Both the position numbers and the translations under genes were made by a program. The notes beneath the pieces were generated by a model. The model saw nothing but the letters and a program-made list of their open reading frames with translations, did no database searches and was not told the origin of the DNA. From assembly GCA_038087875.1 (NCBI GenBank), contig CM075995.1, forward strand, positions 4,714,001 to 4,778,000: a stretch of DNA of 64,000 bases, given 5' to 3'. The DNA comes from Malacoraja senta (lineage: Eukaryota). Positions 13,655 to 25,291 of this stretch are shown in pieces (position 1 is the first letter of the stretch; the number at the start of each line of letters is the position of its first letter).

Positions 13655-13878
13655 AGGTAGACACAAAATGCTGGAGTAATTCAGCGGGTGAGGCAGCATC
13701 TCTGGAGAAAAGGAATGGTCGACGTTTCGGGTCAAGACCCTTCTTCAGACTGAAGAAGGGTCTCGACCCGAAACATCACCCATTTCTTCTCTCCAGAGAT
13801 GCTGCCTCACCCACTGAGTTACTCCCGAATGTTGTGTCTACCTTCAATTTAAACCAGCATCTGCAGTTCTTTCTTACA
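13655..13878. mobile_element. Palindromic Penelope-derived terminal-repeat element (representative copy)
   Basis: Arms of about 90 bp: ACACAAAATGCTGGAG...CCCTTCTTCAG and CTGAAGAAGGG...TGTGT. Related copies near 640-975, 3046-3170, 4378-4660, 15692-16340, 19430-19678, 21635-21840, 24180-24560, 38857-39055, 46600-46940, 55130-55360 and 63585-63690. Confidence 0.85.
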
Positions 13879-15137
13879 CATTAGACTGTGACTTGCATGC
13901 AGAGATTAATTTAATTTATGCATTTCTGCAGAGAATCAGTACTGTCTTCCCACAATTAGTAGGGGCACCTGAGCAACTTAAAAACCTAATAAATAAGGCT
14001 ATATTTACATCCATTTGCAATGACATGCCTATAACGTTCAGGTTCAGGAACAGCTTCTTCCCTACAGTCATTAGGCTATTAAACACTACAACCTCCGAAC
14101 TACATCGACTACTATTGTTATTATTGCACTATTATTGTTTCTATGTTTTTTGTGTACATATTTTTACACATTGAACTATTTTTTCTCATTTATTATATTG
14201 TTTACAGTGTACTATGTTTACATATTCTGTTACGCTGCTACAAGTAAGAATTTGTAGGGGCATCTGACAGTAAAACACTCTTGACTCTTGAAGACATTTT
14301 ACATCATAACATTTAAGCATGAATTGATTTACAAATCAGAAACTTGTCAATAAAATGACACGGTTAATATTTTAACAAAGCACTTTTGGGAAACTTTTTT
14401 GTTCATGAAATACTCTGCCAGTCAAACCTCAAACCGAAATCTTTGGTTTTCCAACGAGAAATGTGCACCACAGGAAGCTGCCATGCAGTCTATTGTGCCA
14501 CAACTTTGAAACAAGCAATTGCCCTTAACGCAACAACCCTGAATGTAACTTAGGTTCCTCATTTTTGTTTATCTGCAAGTGAATATTTCCTAATTCATCC
14601 CCAAGTTATGATTATTTTGTATCTATGAATTGTTATCAAATGCAAGTCATAGGGAATAATTTTTCTTGTTGTCAGAAATTCTGATTTAAAACTTAAATTA
14701 GTTCATAAGTTCCAAGGCAGACAGCTTTTTAGTTAACATTAAGGGAGTGCAGGAAACTTAAAACAAAATGTTAAGAAAATTACATTTGCTGCTCATCAAT
14801 AAATTTAATAAATTGAACGATTAGAAATATTATCAGCCTTCAGCAAGTTAATTCCATATTAAGCCGCAAAAATAAAAAAAACATTTTACTACTCAATAAA
14901 TTTAATAAATCAAATTATTAGAAATATTAACAGCATTCTGCAAGCAAATTCCATATTAGTATGATGCAAAAATCTCAGCCCAAATTACAATACTTTTCAT
15001 TTTAACATAATGATTGTTATTATTCAAACTCTTGAATATTTGGGTTTCCTATCTTTAGATCAATTTATAGCATGATGTCCAGATAAACCATAGAATAAAC
15101 AAACTGAAACCTTTTAGGTTTCAACCAAAGCACTTAC

Positions 15138-15314
15138 CCTGCGCATGGATTGGTAGCGGGGTGCGTGAAGCTGCACTACATCCTTCTGCAGCAGCTCTAT
15201 GGAACTGTCCAGGGAGTAGCTGGACTCCCGAACACCTTTGAGGATATTTTCTTCATAGTTATTGGTCATAACTGGTACCACTTCAGCCACTTCGAATAGT
15301 GCCGACTTTTTCTT
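15138..15314 (-). CDS. C6orf62: C6orf62 coding exon 2
   Basis: Acceptor TTTTAAG. Encodes [59 protein letters not shown]. Donor GTAAGT; 177 nt. Not in the ORF track. Confidence 0.95.
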
Positions 15315-15800
15315 CTTAAAATCATATCAGAATTACAATTCTTGATAAAGCATTTTCTATCTACACCATTATTTTTCTATTAATTTATTACAATCAAGGT
15401 GAATTTCTGAGATTAGATTTATAATATTAAGTTTGAATGATGCCCAACAGATTCTAAGAATGTAAGCTCTACATTTAACATTGAAGAGTAATGTAAAACG
15501 GTCTTTTCATCAAGAAAAATGTCACGTTGCCTGGAACACAGAGTACAGGGACTATACAAACTGTTTCATTCATGTACAAAATCCTTATTTCTGAAGGAAT
15601 AAATTAAAAAAAATCAAGCCGACAAATCATTTAAAAAAAATTGAATGAAAAAATTTAAATGGTAAAAAGAAACACCTAGGAAATAAAAACGTAGAAACAA
15701 AGAACTGCAGATGCTGGTTTATACCAAAGATAGACACAAAGAACTGGAGTAACTCAGTGGGTCAAGCAGCCTCTCTGGAGAAAACAGATGGGTGGCATTT

Positions 15801-16228
15801 AACATAGAAACATAGAAAATAGGTGCAGGAGTAGGCCATTCGGCCCTTCGAGCCTGCACCGCCATTCAATATGATCATGGCTGATCATCCAACAGTATCC
15901 CATACCTGCCTTCTCTCCATACCCCCTGATCCCCTTAGCCACAAGGGCCACATCTAACTCCCTCTTAAATATAGCCAATGAACTGGCCTCAACTACCTTC
16001 TGTGGCAGAGAGTTCCAGAGATTCACCACTCTCTGTGTGAAAAAAGTTTTTCTCATCTCGGTCCTAAAGGATTTCCCCTCTATCCTTAAGCTGTGACCCC
16101 TTGTCCTGGACTTCCCCAACATCGGGAACAATCTTCCTGCATCTAACCTGTCCAACCCCTTGAGAATTTTGTACGTTTCTATAAGATCCCCCCTCAATCT
16201 CCTAAATTCTAGCGAGTACAAGCCGAGT
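15801..16228 (-). mobile_element. CR1-type LINE 3' fragment inside a palindromic element in the first coding intron of C6orf62
   Basis: Nearly identical to the 3' end of the 25.3-kb copy. Confidence 0.9.
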
Positions 16229-19200
16229 TTCAGGTCAGGTCCCTTCTTTGACTCTGAAGAATGGTCCCGATCCAAAATGTCACCCATCCCTTTTTTCCAG
16301 AAATGCTGCCTGACCCACTGATTTACTCCAGCACTTTGTATCCAACTTAGGAAGTAAAAATATTATTTTCACTCAAATTTAAATAAGCTATATTAAATGT
16401 GCAAGGCACATAAGCATAAACGTAAGCCACCTTCAAATTACTGTTATCAGTAGACAGTTAGAAGGGATTAATATGGTGGAAAACTAAAAACGAATCAAAT
16501 GTTGGAGGGTTGGAGAATGGAAGTTGGTCTCCTAACCTAACTAGTCTATGTTAAGTTACCTTTCACATGCATGGTAGTACTATTACCAGGTGCCAATTCC
16601 ATTACCAAATAGTTTTATTTCCTTTTACCTTCAACTGCCAGCCGATCCCTATTAAAAACACTGATGCAACATTCAACTCATTATTTAGATCAAAGCTTTA
16701 AGGGAGCACTCAATTCAGATGCTTCCAATCCCTCCAGTACGTTTTCATGAGCAGATCCCTACTGTTATTTTAAGAGTCAATCACCAAATCAAAAAAATGA
16801 TAGAAGACTGACACAAAACAGAAACACCAGCAGCTGGCAGAAACAAGAGTGATTTTGATCAAACAAAATTGGACAATGATAAAGAATTGCAAAGAAGACC
16901 AGTGGATCAATAATATATCCATTTTGATACTGTTCAAGATACAACAGTATATATTTTTGTTGCACTTTGAGGTGTCTCTAAAGCATTGGTGAATTCAAGT
17001 TTAACATAATTGTAAGTGGCCAAGGAACCACAGAAATGAAATTATGGACAAGCACTGAGGTCCGGCAGGAAAATAGAAGGAAGTGGGGTGGAGCATACGC
17101 CCCAGTCTGCATCAACAGTGCTGAAGTAGAGATGGTCGACAGCTTCAAGCTACGAGATGAAAATATCACCAATCATTTGATTGGGTCCAACCACATCAAT
17201 ACGACCAAGAAAGGACTCTTATTTGCTTCGTTTTTAAGAAACATCAGCACACCCTCATGATTCTTACCAATTTCTACATGTAGAGGATAGAAGGCATCCC
17301 ATCCACATGCACCATAGGCTGCTATGGCAACTGCTCCATCCAAGACGGCAAGAAGCTGCGGAACTGTGGGCACAGCCCAGTGCATCACGTATATCAGCCA
17401 CCCCTCCCCCCTCCTCCAATCGACTCCACCTTCACTTCATGCAGTTGCGGAAAAGCACCAACAATATCATGGACAACCCTCATTCCCTCTTCTCCAGTCA
17501 GGCAGATGATGCAATAGCTTCTAAGCACATACCACCAGATTCAAGAACAGCTTCTTCACCACTGCGAACAGACGATCGAATGGTCCTCTCATATGCTAAG
17601 GATGGATTACCGATCATTTCAATCTAACTCGCAGCAGCCCCTGCACTCGATACTCACCAGGGCCTAAACTCGTGCATTTCTTTCATACTCATCTCATTCC
17701 CTTTCTTGTGCTTACTTTAAAGTCACCAGGTTTGTTGGAAACATTATTCCACTGCGACAGATTTTCTGGGCAATCAAATGTTATTCTATTAATACATTAA
17801 AACACTTTTGGTATTAGTATATTATTGTCATGTGTACCAAGATATAGTGAAGAACTTTATAAAGGTATGACCTGCTTGAACAGCATGCAAAACAGCTTTT
17901 CCACTGTATCTTGGTGCACACGATAATAATAAACCAATACCAATAGTGTGTTAGTATATTAATAGAATAACATTTGATAGTCTAGAAAATCTGCTTGGGC
18001 AGTACCAAAGGCAGTAACAAACTACATTAACAGAGCTTTACAGTAGTGGGTTGAATCATGGCAGAAGAAACAATTATTCATCACTTAACAAAATTACAAT
18101 TATTTTATTATTCTTTAAACAAATGTGTTTTACCCAGAGTGGGGGAATCAAGAACCAGAGGACATAAGTTTAAGGCGAGAGGGGAAAGATTTAATAGGAA
18201 ACCGAGTAGCAACCTTTTCATACAGAGGGCAGTGGCTATTTGGAATCTACTACCAGAGGGGGTAGGTGAGGCAAGTACTATTACAATATTTAAAAGGCAT
18301 TTAGACAGTTACATGGATAGGAAAGAATGAGAGGGATATGGACCAAATGCAGGCAAGTGGGACTAGTGTAAATGGGGTATTCTGGTCAGCATGGGCAAGT
18401 TGGGCCTGTTTCCATGCTGTATGACAGACTAATATTCAATATTCCAGTCCAGTATGACTGCCAGATGATCTATGCCTGAGCTAGTAATGGAAAGCACTCC
18501 ATGTGCCCTTTTAAGATTCATTATCTTTAACAGACAGCGATTATGCATCCAAACACACCTCCATACTGATTATCGTCCCATTTATTGTGCAATCCTCTGT
18601 TGCAGCTTCACAAATGCATTTCTTCACACTATTCTGGATTAAGTTCCATTTGTCACTTTTCCATCCAGCTAACCAGACCATCCATATCTTCCTACTTTCC
18701 TCCTTGCAGTCAAGCACTCTGCCAGGTTTTGTATTTTCTGCTAATTTATTTTATCATGCCTGCTACATAGAAACCTCAATTATTAATATAGAATTACAAA
18801 ATGTAAGGGACCAAATATCAAACTTGTGGTACTCCACTGATTATTTGTTTTCCAAAGCCAATTATGCACCCAATTTGCCATTATGCAATCCCATTTGACC
18901 TGTTTGCCAAATGGGACTAAGTCAAAAGCCTTGCACTGCTCAAGGTCACTCTGCATGAGCATCAGCCAACATTAATGTGGCCCTGCAGCATTTCAGTCAT
19001 CCAGGAACTGTCCTGCAAATACACTATAGACCATCTTCTCATTCCACATGTAACAATTCCACTATTGGCAACTTCATAAGTGATAGGAGCAGAATGAGGC
19101 CATTCAGCCCATCAAGTCTTCTCCACCATTCAATCATGGCTGATCTATCATTCCCTTCAACCCCATTCTCCTGCCTTCTCCCCATAACAGCCGACACCCA

Positions 19201-19687
19201 TATTAATCTAGTATCTTACACGTCCCCACTGATAAATATGATTTACTGTCTTGCAAAATTAATAAACAATTTATGTGTAGGCTATTGTATAATTTGTGTG
19301 TTGTCTGAGTCTGTGCCCATGATGCTGTTGATAGATTTCCATAGTGTCTACCTCACCATCCATACCTGTGCATATGACAATAAACTCGACAATGTGTCAA
19401 GACAAGAAGGAAAAAAATGTTATATTAGGAAAAACATAAAATGCGGAGTAACTCAACAAATCAGGTAGAATCCCTAGAGAACATGGATAGGTGACATTTC
19501 AGGTCAGGAACCTTCCTCAGACTCAACATGGATAGGTGACGTCTTGATTCTGAAAAATGCCCCAACCCGAAACATCACCTATCCATGTTCTCTAGGGATG
19601 CTGCCTGACCCGCTGAGTTATTCCAACATGGTGTGTCATTCCTTGGTAAATCAGCATCTGCAGTTCCTTGTTTCTACAAAATCTTAC

Positions 19688-19816
19688 CTTATCTTTGAAT
19701 ACAAAGGCAATGTACATCTTGAAGTCAAACTGATCTGCCAGAGATTCTTTCTTCTTTCTAAGTTGAGCACGCAGTCGATTTAAAGTCTGGTTCTTCCGAG
19801 AGTGTGGGTCACCCAT
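19688..19816 (-). CDS. C6orf62: C6orf62 ortholog, coding exon 1
   Basis: Encodes [43 protein letters not shown], followed by donor GTAAGA. Nearly identical to the human C6orf62 N-terminus as I recall it. Confidence 0.95.
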
Positions 19817-20759
19817 TTTGTTTGGGTGTGTGGCAACCCTCTTTTTAGCTTACGAAAAACTGACAAAATCTAACATGGGCAATTTCTCTCAAAAGAAAAC
19901 AGTGCAACAGAACATGTCTGGTAGCACTAACTTAAAAAAAAAAAATAACTACCACAACTACTAGTCCAGAAACTCTAAAACTGTGTTGTGCAAAAACTTA
20001 GGATAAATGTTGGCCAGAGTCCAGTCATGATAACAATCCCTATATATACATGGTCACATCAGAGTGCAGAGAATTAAACTCACTTTTTAATTCACATTAA
20101 CAAAACCTACAAACCAAAGCAATCCAAATTAGAGCTAAATTTTAACCCGATGAACTAAAACTAGATTACAATGATGGATGCTAATGGATCTAACCAACAA
20201 ATTAAACACCTAACTGTAATTCATGTGTGCCCAAAGATGACACAGAAATGATGCAGCCAAATCCCATGTTTACATACAAGCCAGGTTTTTGCCTTTTTAC
20301 ACAAAAAATAGCCGGAAAATTCTACCTGCAGCCTCTGACACAGCTGTCTTCAAACATATTGGAGTCGGTGATTTTTTTTTTCCTTTTTAGTTTTTGCTTT
20401 AAGGACAGACAATAAAAGAGAAATAGGATTGCACTGGCACATCAACTACATGGCGCGGCTCATTGGCACATGGGCAGAAACAAACAAAATACCAAGCAAA
20501 AGGCATTTCTGACTTTATCAATGACTCGGGTTCAATCAACACCATGGTGGCAAACCTTTACCCGGTTTCCTGACATCGCCCTACACAAAGAAAACGAAAA
20601 ATTAAAATCACTTGTTTATCATGTTTGCTTCTTCAGATCGGCTCACAGGCTCGTCTGCTGGCAGTTTCTGCTGCGTCCTCTCGCTTTCTCGTTTTAGGGG
20701 TTTCTACCTTAACTCCTTTTCCTAAGCAGTTGATATTGAACATATATATGTGATAATTA

Positions 20760-20956
20760 GCAGAACCAACGCTGAGTGTCACTGCCCGCCCATGTCAAGA
20801 AGAGACCACGAAGCCGGTCAGAGCCGTCAGTGTGAGCGAGCCGCGCTCCCTGCGCTCTCGGTCACCCATCACTCGTGAAGCGGGCTCCTGGCGTGAGAAA
20901 ACCGCACCAAGCAGCGGGCCTTCCGCTCGGGTGCTGCTGCCGCTCGCCCGCTACCC

Positions 20957-20991
<35 letters not shown>

Positions 20992-21480
20992 CGTACCTCC
21001 CTTCACACAACGACAGCTACACGGCCTCGACTTTGCCCCCTCCCCTCTCCCCGCTAACTGTCCGCCGGCCTCCCGCTGCCTGTGTGTGTCTCTCTCTCTC
21101 TCTCTGGCCGCTTCTGCCGCCACCACCTCCACCTCCTTCACTCGGACGCCGCCGACAGCACAAGATGGCCGTCCCTACGTCACACGCTTCATACGTCACA
21201 AGCCTCCTAACGTCACGCCTCCCCAAACGTCACACCCCTTACGTGACAAGCCCAATGCGTCACAGGCGCCTTACGTCACAAGCCCCCCCTCTCCAAAGCC
21301 ACTACGTCACAAGCCCCCTACGTGACGTCCCCAACATCACAAGCCCCCCTACGTCACAAGCCCCCCCCCCACAAGCCCCCTACATCACATGCCCATTGTG
21401 TCAAGCCACAATGTCAAAGGTCCCGTACGTCACAAAGCCCCGCACGTCACAAGCCCCCTATGTCACGCCCCAGAGCACTG
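20760..21480 (-). promoter_or_regulatory. C6orf62: C6orf62 CpG-rich promoter and 5' region
   Basis: CpG-dense. YY1-like CAAGATGGCC at 21161-21170 (GCCATCTTG on the gene strand), followed by a tandem array of CRE-like motifs. Confidence 0.7.
21175..21470. repeat. About 16-bp minisatellite, consensus CCCCTACGTCACAAGC
   Basis: About 15 degenerate units, most containing ACGTCAC (GTGACGT on the minus strand). Confidence 0.85.
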
Positions 21481-22558
21481 TTTTTGATGAATAAAGTTTT
21501 TATTACCTTGCACCCGGTTCCACATTTCAGCACTAGCCGCGGAGAAAAAAGGATCATTTTCCAATTTTCAGTTTAGCTTGAAATTACATGAACACGCGTC
21601 ACGTGGTCTGCTCCCTGCGACCTCCCTGTCACGTGTGTAGGAAGCAACTGCAGATGCAGGTTTACACCGAAGATAGACTTAAAATGCTGGAGTAACACAG
21701 CGGGACGGGTGATATCTCTGGAGAGAATGAATGGGTGACATTCGTTTCGGGTCTGAAAAAGGATCTCGGCCCGAAACATCACCCATTCCTTCTCTCCAGA
21801 GATGCTGCCCATCCCGCTGAGTTACTCCAGCACTTTGTGTTTGTCCTCCCCATCACATGGTCTGTTCCCTGTGACTTCCCCATCACGTGGTCTGTTTCCT
21901 TTTGCCCTCTCACGTGGCCTGTGGCCTGTTCCCTATTGCCCCGTCACGTGGTTAGTTTCCCTATTGCCCACCATCATGTGGTCTGGTCCCAATTAACTCC
22001 CCGTCAAGTGGTATGCTCCCTATGACCTCACCCCCAACTCCCCCCCACTCCCTACAGTAGTCTAAGTGGTATTTACACTTTCTGATGAAGACTCTGCTCC
22101 AGATGTTTAGACCATATTTCTATATTATTAATTCAGGGCTCCCAACTCTCACGCATTGAGCGTGAGTCTCACATATTTCACGAAATTCTCTCGCTCTCAC
22201 GCTGATCACAGAATTTCTTTTAAATAAATAAGGTCACGAACAATTCAATTCACCCAAGGCTTCCAGATCTCCTCCACACTCACCAATGTGAATAGTTTTC
22301 TGTCGGCGGGTTTCCCGTAATGAACGAGCAATTTGATTGTCTTAAGCCCATCGCACACTATTTAAAATGGCAATGTAACTGCAGTAATAATGATTCCATT
22401 TGACATTCGTGGAACCAAAATCTGTAGGTGCTGGAAATTCAAAATAAAGCAAAAATTGTTTTAGAGGTGAGTAAAAACCATGAGGGAATATATAAGGTGA
22501 ATGCATGGTCTTTTTCCCGGGATATGTGATTCATGAACTAGAGGGCATTGGTTTAAAG

Positions 22559-23715
22559 CAGGGGTGTCAAACTACCGGCCTGCGGGGCGCATTCGGGCCA
22601 AGAAGGGGTCCAATCCGGATGATTTGGGGAAAATAAAAGTAGTTTAGTTAAGAGTCTAAACTAAACTACACATTCCCGAGCAGATGGTGTGATAGGTGAG
22701 ACACGGCGGTGGTCCCAGCACTGACCCCTGAGGCACCTCCCACCCGCACCTCCGGCGGCTCTGTATCCGTCGGCCGCTCTGTCCAGACCCCATGGAGTTT
22801 TAACCCCGGCCTGGAGCCAGGAGCGGACCGGGAGAGTGGGGGCGTCGGTGCCGCCTCCGGAGCCGCGGGGATGAATCTCGTCTAAGGCTCCGTTCCGATG
22901 CCCGACCCCCGGGTCACTGACCCTCACCTCCCCCGGACCCCAGCTGGACACAGAGCACCTGGGGTGGCCCGCATTCACAGGGGGCAGGGGTGAGAGGGTA
23001 ACGCTGCCCGGACATCGCCAAGTCTCCGCTCACTCTGGGTATTGTCGCCGCTTCACTGACACACTCTCACTCACAACCTAACACACACTGAACCACACCC
23101 TGGCACACACACTCTCGCACACACCCTCACACATACATTCTGACACACAATCTCACACCCTCACACGCACCCTCACAAACACTCTCACAAACACTTACAC
23201 ACACACTCACACACCCTCACACATACACTCTCACACATACTGACACACACCCTCACACACACTGACACACGCTCTCACACACACTCTCACACACACTGTC
23301 ACACACCCTCTCACACACCCTCTCACACACTGACACACACTCTCGCACATACTGACACAAACTCTCACACACACTGACACACACCCTCACACACACCCTC
23401 ACACACACCCTCACACACACCCTCACACACACTCACACACACTCACACTTCAATCACTTCAATAAAAATTAAAGGCTAACTGTGTTCATTGTCTGAGTTT
23501 GATTGCTGGAAGCAGGCTAACAAAAATTCGGTGCAGTTGTGTAGCCTACATTTACAATTTGTTTTGTTAGGTCTACATTTGTGTCTGCTAAAGTTCGATT
23601 TCAAATGGTTTATTAATGGAAAGGACGCGTTCGCGATTGCACAACTGATCCGGCCTGCATGAAGTCGCATTTTGCCCAATCCGGCCCATGACCTAAAATG
23701 GGTTTGACACCCCTG
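22559..23715. mobile_element. Non-autonomous hAT element with GC-rich and (CA)-rich interior
   Basis: 14-bp TIRs CAGGGGTGTCAAAC / GTTTGACACCCCTG and an 8-bp TSD GTTTAAAG/GTTTAAAA. Inserted in a CR1 fragment (about 22480-23980). Confidence 0.88.
23060..23450. repeat. Degenerate (CA)n-rich repeat inside the hAT element
   Basis: Seen directly. Confidence 0.95.
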
Positions 23716-24644
23716 GTTTAAAATAAGAGAGGAATGATTTAACAGCAACCTGAGGGACAACATTTTCACGCAGAGGATGGTGGGTATGTGCAACGAGCTG
23801 CCTGGGAAAGTAGGCCGGTAAAATGACAACATTTAAAAGACATTTTGACAGGTACGTGGACAGGAAAGGATTAAAGGGATATGGGCCAAATGCAGATAAA
23901 TGGGACTAGTTTAGATGGGCACCTTGATCTGCATGGACAAGTTGGGATGATGGGCCTGTTTCCATGCTGTAAGACTATGACTCATTGTAGAAAGGGTGCA
24001 ATTGCTCTGGAGAAGATCCAGGGGCGATTTATGAAGATGTTGGCAGGGCTGGAATTTTGTTTTCACTTTGAAGAAAGATTTGATAACTGGGATTCTCTGT
24101 AGCAACGGAGGTGAAGAAAATACTTAGTTGAGGTGAATAATATTATGAGAATAGGACCTGTTTCACTTAACAAAGTGTGTTGGAAGTAACTGCTGGTTTA
24201 AACTGAAGATAGACTCAAAAAGCTGGAATAACTCAGCAGGACAGGCAGTATCTCTGGAGAGAAATAATGGGTGATGTTTCGGTTTGAGACCTTCAGACTG
24301 ATGAGGTTGAAAACCAGCCATATAGATGTGAAACACAATGACTGGAGATAGACAAAAGTGCTGGAGAAACTCAGCGGGTGCAGCAGCATCTATGGAGCGA
24401 AGGAAATAGGCAACGTTTCGGGCCAAAACCCTTCTTCAGACTGATGTAGGTTGGGGGGGGGGGCGGGGAGAAGAAAGGAGAAAGGAAGAGGAGGAGCCCG
24501 AGGGCCGAGGGAGAGCTGAGAAGGGGAGGAAACAGCAAGGGCTACCGGAAATTGGAGAAGGGCAGAAATCAGAATCATGTGTTCATCTTTATTGACGTGA
24601 CACCATAATAAATATTATTATGACACCAGCAAAAAGAATTTAAT

Positions 24645-24915
24645 GGGGTGGCGGGGTGGCTCAGCGGTAGAGGTGCCTTACAGCACCACAGACCAGATTT
24701 GATCATGATTACGGGTGCTGTCTGTACAAAATTTGTACATTCTCCCTATGACCACATGGGTTTTCTCCAGACATTCCGGTTTCACCCACATCCGAAAGAA
24801 GTGCAGGTTTGTAGGTTAATTGGCTTCTGTAAATTGTCCCTGGCGTGCAGGATAAAACTGGTATATCGTAGATTGCCGGTCAGTGTGGACTTGGTGGGCC
24901 GAAGGGCCTGTTTCA
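24645..24915 (+). mobile_element. tRNA-derived SINE, same family
   Basis: Homologous to 2538-2850. Confidence 0.8.
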
Positions 24916-25291
24916 ATATATATGTTTTACATATATGTCTTAATTTCATTGAACCATATACTTGGTTGAATATGTGGTGTTATTTTCATCTTGTTTCTAT
25001 ACTCAAAGGGTAAGGTTGATTAATTTATTTGTGCAGAACAGTGATAGAAGTCTGACTCCTCTTGCCTTGTTTCTATTTATTTTTCTCTATATATATATGC
25101 ATAACAGCATGAATTATAATCTGATTTCCATACATGAATATACTAAGGTCATTTGTGCTGCACCTGTTGATCAGAGCCTGGCTCTACTGTGGAATGTAAT
25201 TAGGAATGTAATTTAGCCTAACCTTATTCATACCTAATCCAATTTAAAGCATAAATGATAGATTCAAGTGTAAGTTAAAAGACTCGCTACA

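Noticed and set aside
20832..21494. 220-aa plus-strand ORF
   Set aside because: It is a by-product of the CpG island, CT repeats and the 16-bp minisatellite. It is low complexity and antisense to the C6orf62 5' region.
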